Source of the DNA: Corynebacterium amycolatum
GTDB lineage: Bacteria; Actinomycetota; Actinomycetes; Mycobacteriales; Mycobacteriaceae
Length of the DNA: 32,000 bases
Strand: one strand, 5' to 3'
NCBI RefSeq assembly: GCF_049243625.1
Contig: NZ_CP046975.1
The notes beneath the pieces are model-generated. The model was not told where the DNA came from. It was given only the letters and a program-made list of their open reading frames with translations, and made no database searches. The stretch's first letter is position 1; each line of letters opens with the position of its first letter. The translations under genes and the position numbers were made by a program. Positions 1-7,072 of the stretch are shown piece by piece.

Positions 1-108
1 CTAGGCTACCCCCTTGCACCGGCTCCGTCGCCCGTGACGCTCCGAGGTGTTGGTCACGCTTGAGGCCGCGCACGGGCCGTCGGAAAGCGAGCGAAATGTA
101 CGGAGGGG

Positions 109-336
109 CTATAGATCCATAATTTTTCGGATCTCTTCCGGCAGCATTTCCTGCGAGGTGATCTGCGGGCCGTCGTAGGCCTCGAGTGCGCGGTAGACCT
201 GTGCGCGCTCTGTGCTGTCGAGGATGGGCAGTTCCTCGGCGAACAGCATGACCATCTGGTTCGACAGCGGGGTATTGGTGTACTCGGCGGCCATGTTGAT
301 GGTTTCGCGCGGCTTCTTCTTAAAAAAGTCGAACAT
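109..336 (-). CDS. small hypothetical protein (about 75 aa, acidic, helical; alternative in-frame start at 388-390)
   Basis: Only the C-terminal end of the 109..1560 minus ORF reads like a real protein (MFDFFKKKPRETINMAAEYTNTPLSNQMVMLFAEELPILDSTERAQVYRALEAYDGPQITSQEMLPEEIRKIMDL) and has G/C-rich third positions. The rest of that ORF is antisense to the plus-strand gene at 389..1009. ATG at 334-336, TAG stop at 109-111. Confidence 0.45.
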   Translation of the reverse strand: MFDFFKKKPRETINMAAEYTNTPLSNQMVMLFAEELPILDSTERAQVYRALEAYDGPQITSQEMLPEEIRKIMDL

Positions 337-388
337 GCGATACAGGCTACCCCGCTTCGAATCCGTCACTCGCGATACCATCAACCTC

Positions 389-1009
389 ATGACGTCCACG
401 CCCGCTGCTACTCCGCAGACCCTTGCCGTATGTAGTTCCACATCGCCCGTTGTCATTTGGCATGTGGAGCTCTCGCCGTCCTTTGCAGGCGAGAGGTTGT
501 CGGGTGCATGGCTGGTGGATCCGCTTGACGACGGAGCCCTGGAGACCGCCACCAATCTGCTCACCGGTTGCTTTGTTGCAACTGTGACCGCGGGCGATGG
601 TGACGGTGACGCTTCAGCTGAGAGTGCTGAGGGGGCTGAGGGGGCGGACCTGCTATCGCAGGCGATTGAGCAGGCGGGGGCCACGGTGGTGGACCTGCCA
701 GCATCGGTGGCCGGTATTCGTGACCACATCGGACAGCTGCGCGCCGCCGCGAAGGAAGAGAAGGCCAAGCCCGGCAAGGGAAATCTGACGGAGCCGCGGT
801 TTCCCAAGGTCAACGACGTGGAGGTCATTGATTTTCCGCATGTTGGCGAAAAAGTCGCAGGACCGGTGCTGGGGCTTGCCCGCGGGGTAGAAGAGCTGGT
901 GGCGCAGTGGATGGCTGTGGAGTCGCAGCGCCTGCGTCGCAAGTACTTGGCAGAGCCGTGGGGCGCGGAGCCGCGCCAGATTCCGCTGGTAAAAACGCGC
1001 GCATTGTAG
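389..1009 (+). CDS. hypothetical protein (start uncertain; GTG at 464 is an alternative)
   Basis: Plus-frame ORF 212..1009 has typical high-GC codon usage from about 464 onward (GAG/CTG/GCC-rich) and a plausible protein sequence. The 212-388 part looks like antisense noise opposite the small minus-strand gene. I recognise no family motif. Confidence 0.5.
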   Translation: MTSTPAATPQTLAVCSSTSPVVIWHVELSPSFAGERLSGAWLVDPLDDGALETATNLLTGCFVATVTAGDGDGDASAESAEGAEGADLLSQAIEQAGATVVDLPASVAGIRDHIGQLRAAAKEEKAKPGKGNLTEPRFPKVNDVEVIDFPHVGEKVAGPVLGLARGVEELVAQWMAVESQRLRRKYLAEPWGAEPRQIPLVKTRAL

Positions 1010-1060
1010 CGAGTTTTTGCTATCCAGGCCACCTTGTTTTTCCTGCGTACGCTGTGAAGT

Positions 1061-2044
1061 ATGGCAGCACAGACCGATAACGTAGTCGCCTTCCCAGGCG
1101 TTCGCGTGGCCACGGAACCGGCCACGCTCATTATCGGTGCCTCTTTAGAGGAAGAACCGTGCAGTGCCCACCGCGTCTTCGGGGTCAATGACCAGATGGA
1201 TCTGCGAAGCCTGTCCCGCGTGTTAGCGGTCATCTTTGGGTGGGGCGACGAAAGCGTGCCGACGAAGTTCCATTTGCCCGGCTCTGCGGTGGAGTCTGTG
1301 GCGCAGCTGGTGACTGGCGGCAGACCCGCAGCGGGCGAAGTCGTCGATGTTCCCTTATCCACCACAGTTGCCGAGGTGCTGCAAAGTCCCGGCGATACCC
1401 TTATCTGGCAGTGGGGCCTGTGGGAACATACCTTGCAGGTCAGAGAAGCTTTTGCCCGCGATGAGGCCACACCGGATGCCCTGTGCATCGGTGGCTCGGG
1501 TGCTATCCGCGCACTGGGGGATGTGGACGCGGAGGAGCCGGTAGATATTGCCGCAATCAATAGGGAATTGACCGGACGGGACTCTATTCAAAATACGTTG
1601 GCCACCGCTCGTGCCGATGTCGTGGACATCATCGAGAGGTCGGGGGTGTTTGAATTCGTGCCCCTGTTACAGGCTCTGGACCTGCAGAGGTCGGAATCAA
1701 CCGCGCTGGAATTGACCGGGGAGGCGGGGGAGAGCGTCGTCAAGCGATTGCGTGCATTGCCTATAGAGGACGCCGAGAAAGACCCAGCCGGGCACGATGC
1801 GGCGTTGGTGGAGCTGCTGTGTTTGGCGGCGCTGACCTCGGATGAGCTGCGGCATGATGTGGCGGCGCATGTCATGGAGCGCCTCGGTTGGGAGAGCGAC
1901 GAGGGCATCCCGCTATCCGGCGAGGATGTGGAGGAATTGGCGGCGGCTAGCTGGGCGGAGATGAGTGCGTTGGGCCTAGCTGGGGAGGATGCGCTCTCGC
2001 CAGTGGAGCGGCTGGATCTGCTGCGTGAGGCGCTGCGGCGTTAG
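1061..2044 (+). CDS. hypothetical protein with a degenerate pRiA4b ORF-3-like (PF07929-type) N-terminal domain
   Basis: 327-aa ORF with ATG start. Segments DLRSLSRVLAVIFGWGDE and GDTLIWQWGLWEHTLQV followed by ALCIGGSGA resemble, from memory, the xLxxLHxxIQxxxGW / YxYDFGDxWxH / CxxGxxxxPPED pattern of the PRiA4b ORF-3 family. The domain assignment is unverified. Confidence 0.55.
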   Translation: MAAQTDNVVAFPGVRVATEPATLIIGASLEEEPCSAHRVFGVNDQMDLRSLSRVLAVIFGWGDESVPTKFHLPGSAVESVAQLVTGGRPAAGEVVDVPLSTTVAEVLQSPGDTLIWQWGLWEHTLQVREAFARDEATPDALCIGGSGAIRALGDVDAEEPVDIAAINRELTGRDSIQNTLATARADVVDIIERSGVFEFVPLLQALDLQRSESTALELTGEAGESVVKRLRALPIEDAEKDPAGHDAALVELLCLAALTSDELRHDVAAHVMERLGWESDEGIPLSGEDVEELAAASWAEMSALGLAGEDALSPVERLDLLREALRR

Positions 2045-2105
2045 TTCGTTTCTCCTCTTTATTGCCTCTTCATGTTCGCGCTGGCTGTTTGTTAGCTGGC
2101 CGGTG

Positions 2106-2122
2106 GCCTAGAATTTCTAGGC
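2106..2122. promoter_or_regulatory. 17-bp perfect palindrome GCCTAGAA-T-TTCTAGGC abutting the GTG start of the GtrA-like gene
   Basis: Read directly: 8-bp arms around a single central T, ending 1 nt before GTG 2123. Operator-like or hairpin-forming. Confidence 0.3.
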
Positions 2123-2656
2123 GTGTCAGCGAATGAAACAGCAAATGAAAACACGAACCGTGAAAACGGCAAGCTCGGAAACGGCTCCCACGAAAATGGC
2201 TTTGTCGTAGAGGACTCGGCCGCAGTGCCGATGGCGACGGAGACCAAGGACGAGCACGGACTGAAAGTGCAGATGATGCGCTTTATCATCTCCGGCGTCA
2301 TCGCGGCGGTGGTGGACTTCGGCCTGACGTTCATCATGCTCAACGTCTTCGGGGCGACCAACTTCTGGGGCAAGACGGTCGGCTGGGTTTTCGGCACGAT
2401 TACGGCGTACATCATTAACAGCCGCTGGACCTTCAAGGCGAAGTCCTCGGCGAAGAAGGTGCTGGCAGTTGCGGTGCTGTACCTGATCACTTACGCCACG
2501 CAGGTCGGTATTTTCAACGTGTTGCAGCCCTGGCTCGTCGAATCCTGGGGCTGGAACGCGCAGTGGGCACAGTTCGGCGCATTCGTTGTCGCGCAGGGCG
2601 TTGCGACGGTAATTAACTTCATCATTCAGCGTGTATTCATCTTCCGTGTGAAATAG
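2123..2656 (+). CDS. GtrA family membrane protein (Rv3789-like, arabinogalactan-associated)
   Basis: The C-terminal 127 aa (MMRFIISGVIAAVVDFGLTF...INSRWTFK...IIQRVFIFR) show the four-TM GtrA pattern, and the gene lies directly upstream of glfT2. The N/E-rich 50-aa N-terminal extension from GTG 2123 is uncertain; the start may instead be near 2228-2273. Confidence 0.8.
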   Translation: MSANETANENTNRENGKLGNGSHENGFVVEDSAAVPMATETKDEHGLKVQMMRFIISGVIAAVVDFGLTFIMLNVFGATNFWGKTVGWVFGTITAYIINSRWTFKAKSSAKKVLAVAVLYLITYATQVGIFNVLQPWLVESWGWNAQWAQFGAFVVAQGVATVINFIIQRVFIFRVK

Positions 2657-2674
2657 CGCGATACGCTGGGGGAC

Positions 2675-4597
2675 GTGACTTCGACTGCTTCTAATAAGGA
2701 ATCCACTCAGCTGACCGCCGAAACCGATGTTGACATGCTGACTATTCAGCGCGTGCTGTTTGCTCCGCCCGCAGACTGGGTGGAGCCGGATTTGTACTAC
2801 CGAGTCGAAGGCGTTGGCGCCTACGACAGCTCGGTGCAGGCCACCCGTAACTCGATCACGCTCGGTCGCCACACCGTAGTGCGCACTGACACCTACTTCG
2901 GTCGCTTCAGAGCCTCTTACTGGCAGCGCTGGACCTCAATTAAGCAGGTCGAAATCCGCGCGCGCGTGGTCGGTTCCGCGCGTGTGCTGGCCTACACCGA
3001 GGATATTGGGGGCCACCTCCGCTTGGAGGACTCCTGGGCAGCGGGCGGCTCGGATGCCGACGGCAACTGGACCGGTGAACACTCGCCGATGTCGGGTTCT
3101 GCCAATGAAGAGGTGCGCCTGACCGTCCCGCTGGACTGCTTCGCCGATGGCGGTGCCATTCACCTGCGCTTCGACACCGAGGACGCAGGCGCAAAGATTT
3201 CCGATGTCCGCTATGTTGTGCCCAAGTCGGCTATCAAGCGTGATATTCCGACTGACCTGGTCATTTGTTCTTACAACCGACCGGTTGACTGTGCTCGAAC
3301 CGTCGCCACGCTGGCTGAGGACCTGCCAGCCCTTGAGCGCGTTCGCACCATCCGTGTCGTTGACCAGGGCGAACAGCACCCAGCCGACGAAGCTGACTTC
3401 ATCTGGGCCAAGGAGATCCTCGGCGAGCGCCTGAACGTCGTCCACCAGCCGAACCTCGGCGGCGCCGGCGGTTTCTCCCGCGGCATGCGCGATGCCACCG
3501 CTGCGGGCGACTGCATGGTGCTGCTTACCGACGACGACATCCGGCCCGAACCCGAAACCACCCTGCGCCTATCCGCTCTGGCCGTGTGCGCGGAAAAGCC
3601 GATGCTGCTCGGCGCGCAGATGCTCTTCCTGTTCAACCCGACCAGTCTCTTCCGCACCGGCGAGACCTACAACTGGAAGGCGCTGACCGTCGAGGAGAAC
3701 GACCCCAAGTTCGGTTACGCCGACGTGGACGTGCGCAAGTACCACCAGCTGCGTCGCCTGGGTGTTGACTACAACGCCTGGTGGACCTGCCTGGTGCCGT
3801 CCGAGGTCATTAAAAAGATTGGCCTGGCGCTGCCGCTGTTCTTCCAGTACGACGACATCGACTACGGTTTCCGTGCTGCCAAGGCCGGTTACCCGACCGA
3901 CACCATTCCGGGCGCAGCCGTCTGGCACGCCGATTTCTATTGGAAGGACATCGAAAACGCCGCCCAGTACTTCGGCCTGCGCAACTCCCTCATCGCCGCC
4001 ACCATGCACGGCGACGTCACCGCGAAGGACATGGTCAACGTCGCTTCACGACGAATCCTCTCGAACCTGGTCTCTATGCGCTACGGCCTGGCCTGGACGC
4101 AGATGGAAGCTGTTCGTGACCTGCTGCGTGGCCCGGAGGTGCTGAAGAACGCATCGCAGGGCGACTTCGCACGCATTTCTGCTGGTCGAAAGAACTTCCC
4201 GGAGACCGAGCTGCTGCCGATGCACGAGATGCCGGGTGGTCTGACTCCGGTTCGCCCACCGTCACACGAAATCTCCAGCGAAAACAAGACGATGGCAAAG
4301 CGGCTTGCGTACACCCAGATGGGCAAGAAGCGCCCGGGTCCGGTGGCTGTGGCCTTCGAGGACGCCTTCTGGTGGCACATTTCCACCTTCGACGATGTCT
4401 GGGTCACCGATGCTTCCCAGAACGGTGTGCGTCACCTGGTCCGCGACCTGGATAAGGAAAAGTCCATGCGTGCCGAGACCATCAGCCTCATGCGCGAACT
4501 GTCCTCCAAGTGGGACGACCTGGCGAAGCAGTGGCGTGCTGCCGTGCCATCTTTGACCAGCGAAGACAACTGGGAAAAGTTCTTCCAAGGCGAGTAG
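2675..4597 (+). CDS. glfT2: galactofuranosyltransferase GlfT2 (bifunctional UDP-Galf transferase)
   Basis: 640 aa. Long colinear similarity to M. tuberculosis GlfT2 as I recall it (QPNLGGAGGFSRG, DDDIRPEP, VDYNAWWTCLVP, LPLFFQYDDIDYGFRAAKAGYPT, GAAVWH, YFGLRNSLIAATMH). Confidence 0.9.
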   Translation: MTSTASNKESTQLTAETDVDMLTIQRVLFAPPADWVEPDLYYRVEGVGAYDSSVQATRNSITLGRHTVVRTDTYFGRFRASYWQRWTSIKQVEIRARVVGSARVLAYTEDIGGHLRLEDSWAAGGSDADGNWTGEHSPMSGSANEEVRLTVPLDCFADGGAIHLRFDTEDAGAKISDVRYVVPKSAIKRDIPTDLVICSYNRPVDCARTVATLAEDLPALERVRTIRVVDQGEQHPADEADFIWAKEILGERLNVVHQPNLGGAGGFSRGMRDATAAGDCMVLLTDDDIRPEPETTLRLSALAVCAEKPMLLGAQMLFLFNPTSLFRTGETYNWKALTVEENDPKFGYADVDVRKYHQLRRLGVDYNAWWTCLVPSEVIKKIGLALPLFFQYDDIDYGFRAAKAGYPTDTIPGAAVWHADFYWKDIENAAQYFGLRNSLIAATMHGDVTAKDMVNVASRRILSNLVSMRYGLAWTQMEAVRDLLRGPEVLKNASQGDFARISAGRKNFPETELLPMHEMPGGLTPVRPPSHEISSENKTMAKRLAYTQMGKKRPGPVAVAFEDAFWWHISTFDDVWVTDASQNGVRHLVRDLDKEKSMRAETISLMRELSSKWDDLAKQWRAAVPSLTSEDNWEKFFQGE

Positions 4598-4607
4598 CTT
4601 TACGGTC

Positions 4608-5279
4608 ATGACTATGCCTTCGCCCACGTCTAACCCAGGTGACAAGACGCGCAAACAGCTCATCGCCATATTGGTGTTGTTGGTCCTAATTGTCCTGGGG
4701 TTGGCGCTGTTCCTTTCCCTCCAGGTCTCCAGGGATCGAAATAGTGGTGCGGGGGTTGCCGAGGGCAGTGTGTCGTCGTCAAGCGAAAGCAATGCCGTGG
4801 CTGCTGATGACAACGGTGCTGGCGGCAGTGTTGGGGACGATGGTGGCCCGAATCCGACGTCGGGGCAGCAGGCCTCGGGGTCTGGGTCTGATTCGGGGTC
4901 TCATTCGCGAGCGTCCGGGACTTCGGACTCGGATTCTTCGGCGACAACGTCTGGAGCCAATTCGCTCACGGGAACCGTGAAAGTGTTTCAGACCAGAGCG
5001 GAGGTTCTTGCCTATGAGCAGCGACAGGACCCAAATCCTGGTGCGCAGGATAAAGGCCCCTATGCCATCTTGGTTTTGGATCAACCGACCGAGGTAACGG
5101 CGAAGCTATCTGGGCAAGGCGGGCCGGATACGCGCGAGATTAAGACAGCCGTGATTAATCCCGCTCTGCACAACGATGGTGAGCGCACAACAATTACCTT
5201 CGCCGATGACGAATACTACTGGCCATCTGACCCGGGAGTTCCTTCTGGAATCGTCCTCGAGAATGCGCCGCGGAATTAG
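4608..5279 (+). CDS. membrane-anchored hypothetical protein with Ser/Gly-rich linker
   Basis: N-terminal TM helix (LIAILVLLVLIVLGLALFLSLQV), then a low-complexity S/G/D region and a roughly 100-aa C-terminal domain. Follows the glfT2 stop by 10 nt. Confidence 0.65.
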   Translation: MTMPSPTSNPGDKTRKQLIAILVLLVLIVLGLALFLSLQVSRDRNSGAGVAEGSVSSSSESNAVAADDNGAGGSVGDDGGPNPTSGQQASGSGSDSGSHSRASGTSDSDSSATTSGANSLTGTVKVFQTRAEVLAYEQRQDPNPGAQDKGPYAILVLDQPTEVTAKLSGQGGPDTREIKTAVINPALHNDGERTTITFADDEYYWPSDPGVPSGIVLENAPRN

Positions 5280-5300
5280 CCTGAATTAGCTTCTACGCAG

Positions 5301-5327
5301 TTATCCACAGTCGCCAAATTGTCCACA
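5301..5327 (+). promoter_or_regulatory. pair of perfect DnaA-box 9-mers (TTATCCACA 5301-5309, TTGTCCACA 5319-5327), same orientation
   Basis: Read directly. Both are extended by G (TTRTCCACAG) and start 18 nt apart, in the intergenic region upstream of the AbiEi/DUF559-like gene. Confidence 0.4.
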
Positions 5328-5433
5328 GATAAGGGCAATTCGGCGGCTTTTCTGCTGCCAATTTTCACGGAGTCGGCCATAAATGAAGGCACTAATTCCA
5401 ATGTGTGAATGCCTGTAGCCGACCTCGGGGAGT

Positions 5434-6576
5434 GTGTCCAAACCAATGCCTACCTGGACTTACGATTCCGATGGCCTTATTCAGGCCGCTGCGCAGAAGC
5501 AAATCAAGCATCCTTGTGAATATGTCAGTGCCAAGTCAGAGCTGGATAATCTGCACGGGCACGTCGAAAGCACAAATATTCGAGATAAATCCCTGCTCAG
5601 GCTGGCGTATGGCACCTACATTGATTGCTCTCGCTGGAATGCTTTGTCAGCATTCGAACGTTTTCAACTGCAGATAAAGGCACTGGTCAAACCGGGCTCC
5701 GGGACAGTTATCACAGGCGAAGCAGCCGCTGCGCTGCATGGCATCCCGTTGCTTGTTCGAAATGCCACAATCGCGCTTGCCAATTCCGGCCTGCGCCGAC
5801 CCGGCGGCGGATTGCGCCATGTCGGTGGCAAGATTCTCGAACAAGACATCGTTCGCATTGGTGGGCGCTACGTTACCGATGTGCCGAAAACCGTCATCGA
5901 TATCTGCCGCTCCGCCGAGTCCGAAAACGGGCCAATCATCGTTGACACCGCACTACGGCAGTGGTGTGAGCTCGAAGAATTGCATACGGTCCTCACAAAT
6001 TACCCACGCTCGCCGGGAACCCGTCGTGCCCGTGAGCTACTCGGAACTGCCAGTGAACACAGCGAAACCATCGGTGAGTCAATCACAAAGAAATGCATAA
6101 TCGACTCAGGAATTGCCACGCTTTACGACGAAAAATGCGTGCTCATGCAGCAAGTCGAGTTCTATGACAGTGAAGGATTCATTGGGCGCGTCGATTTCTA
6201 TGTGCCTCATCTGAATTTGATCATTGAGTTCGATGGGCTGACTAAGTATTCCGGTGGTGGGGTAGCGGCTACGGAGACTGTACTTCTGGAGGAGCAAGCT
6301 CGTGAGAAGCGTCTGAGGAACCTCCACTTAGATGTACTCCGCTTCCAATGGTCACAGGTCATTAATGGGGACTGCGTGGAGGTCTTGCGACAGTTCGCTA
6401 TTCGGCAGAGGCAGCGCATTCAGGCAGGTGGGTTGGTATTTTCGTCCGAAGTTGGGCGTTTTCGTCAAGCCACTGTCCCGTATAAAGATCGGCAGCTCCG
6501 TGAGTCCAGAATCCAGCAGCGTAAGCAGCGTTTGCAGCTTCTGGAAAATGCACCGACCTCTCGCGACTCCAGCTAG
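5434..6576 (+). CDS. AbiEi_4-like N-terminal domain / DUF559 (Vsr-like endonuclease fold) C-terminal domain protein, orphan
   Basis: N-terminal part LLRLAYGTYI...TGEAAAALHGIPLL, and C-terminal part RVDFYVPHLNLIIEFDGLTKY...EEQAREKRLRNLHLDVLRFQWSQV, typical of the actinobacterial AbiEi/DUF559 architecture. G+C is visibly lower than in neighbouring genes. Start is GTG 5434 or ATG 5446. Confidence 0.7.
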   Translation: MSKPMPTWTYDSDGLIQAAAQKQIKHPCEYVSAKSELDNLHGHVESTNIRDKSLLRLAYGTYIDCSRWNALSAFERFQLQIKALVKPGSGTVITGEAAAALHGIPLLVRNATIALANSGLRRPGGGLRHVGGKILEQDIVRIGGRYVTDVPKTVIDICRSAESENGPIIVDTALRQWCELEELHTVLTNYPRSPGTRRARELLGTASEHSETIGESITKKCIIDSGIATLYDEKCVLMQQVEFYDSEGFIGRVDFYVPHLNLIIEFDGLTKYSGGGVAATETVLLEEQAREKRLRNLHLDVLRFQWSQVINGDCVEVLRQFAIRQRQRIQAGGLVFSSEVGRFRQATVPYKDRQLRESRIQQRKQRLQLLENAPTSRDSS

Positions 6577-6587
6577 GTTCAGTTGCT

Positions 6588-6870
6588 GACCTGTCGCAAT
6601 TGTGCTGACCGGACTTGGAACGATTTCGAGCGGGCTGGCTCGGATTTCCAGCGACTTATAGCCAGTTTCACTTCACTCATCGACGGTTTTCAAGACTCAT
6701 CGACGCTTTTTGGCCGTCGTGCTCACTTATGGCCAACTTCCCGCCACTTGTCGATGACATTTCAGGACTTATGGCCACGCTGTTGTCCTGGCCCGCGCAC
6801 TTATCGTAGGACTATTCACTTATGCGCAGGCTGTAGCGCATCGATGAGTGAATACCTCATCGATATGTCA
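6588..6870 (+). repeat. phased CACTTRT-unit repeat element, copy A (longest, at least 8 clear units)
   Basis: Units start at 6653, 6674, 6694, 6724, 6745, 6766, 6798 and 6817 (spacing 21, 20, 30, 21, 21, 32, 19), with degenerate units back to 6588. Terminal 9-bp hairpin ATCGATGAG-TGAATAC-CTCATCGAT at 6840-6864. Confidence 0.8.
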
Positions 6871-6979
6871 GTGGAGTAGAAGGGAACCAGGGGTTAGGTA
6901 ACGCTTTTGCGAGCTGAGCACTCGAAATGCGGACTAGATGACCCGGGCGAGGTCAAATATGCAGGCCAGCGCAACCTCG

Positions 6980-7069
6980 GCCCCACCAGCCCCAGCGCCG
7001 CAACGCCAGCCAGCCCCCCAGCCAGCCCCCCAGCAAGCAGCCCCAGCGCCCTCCCCAGCGCCCCAGCCC
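6980..7069 (+). repeat. C-rich low-complexity tract (G-rich on the glfT1 coding strand), includes tandem AGCCAGCCCCCC x2
   Basis: Read directly: 12-mers at 7008-7019 and 7020-7031, with multiple C3-C6 runs. Lies immediately 3' of the glfT1 stop (7073-7075) on the minus strand. Confidence 0.75.
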
Positions 7070-7072
7070 GAA

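Noticed and set aside
337-1560. Upstream 400 aa of the 483-aa minus-strand ORF 109..1560
   Set aside because: It has a Ser/Ala/Arg/Pro-rich, antisense-type composition and lies opposite well-behaved plus-strand coding sequence (389..1009 and 1061..2044). Only the last 75-93 codons look genuine.
6588-6870. CRISPR array interpretation of the phased repeats
   Set aside because: The conserved units are only 7-13 nt and degenerate, and the intervening segments are about 8-20 nt, far shorter than spacers. The same order of units recurs in all copies, and no cas genes are present.
6583-6879. Short ORFs across the repeat elements (6583..6879, 16765..17052, 16845..17072, 21415..21690, 21529..21714)
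   Set aside because: The three copies do not conserve a reading frame, the peptides are Cys/Arg/Trp- or Pro-rich, and similarity lies at the DNA-unit level with indels of non-multiples of 3.
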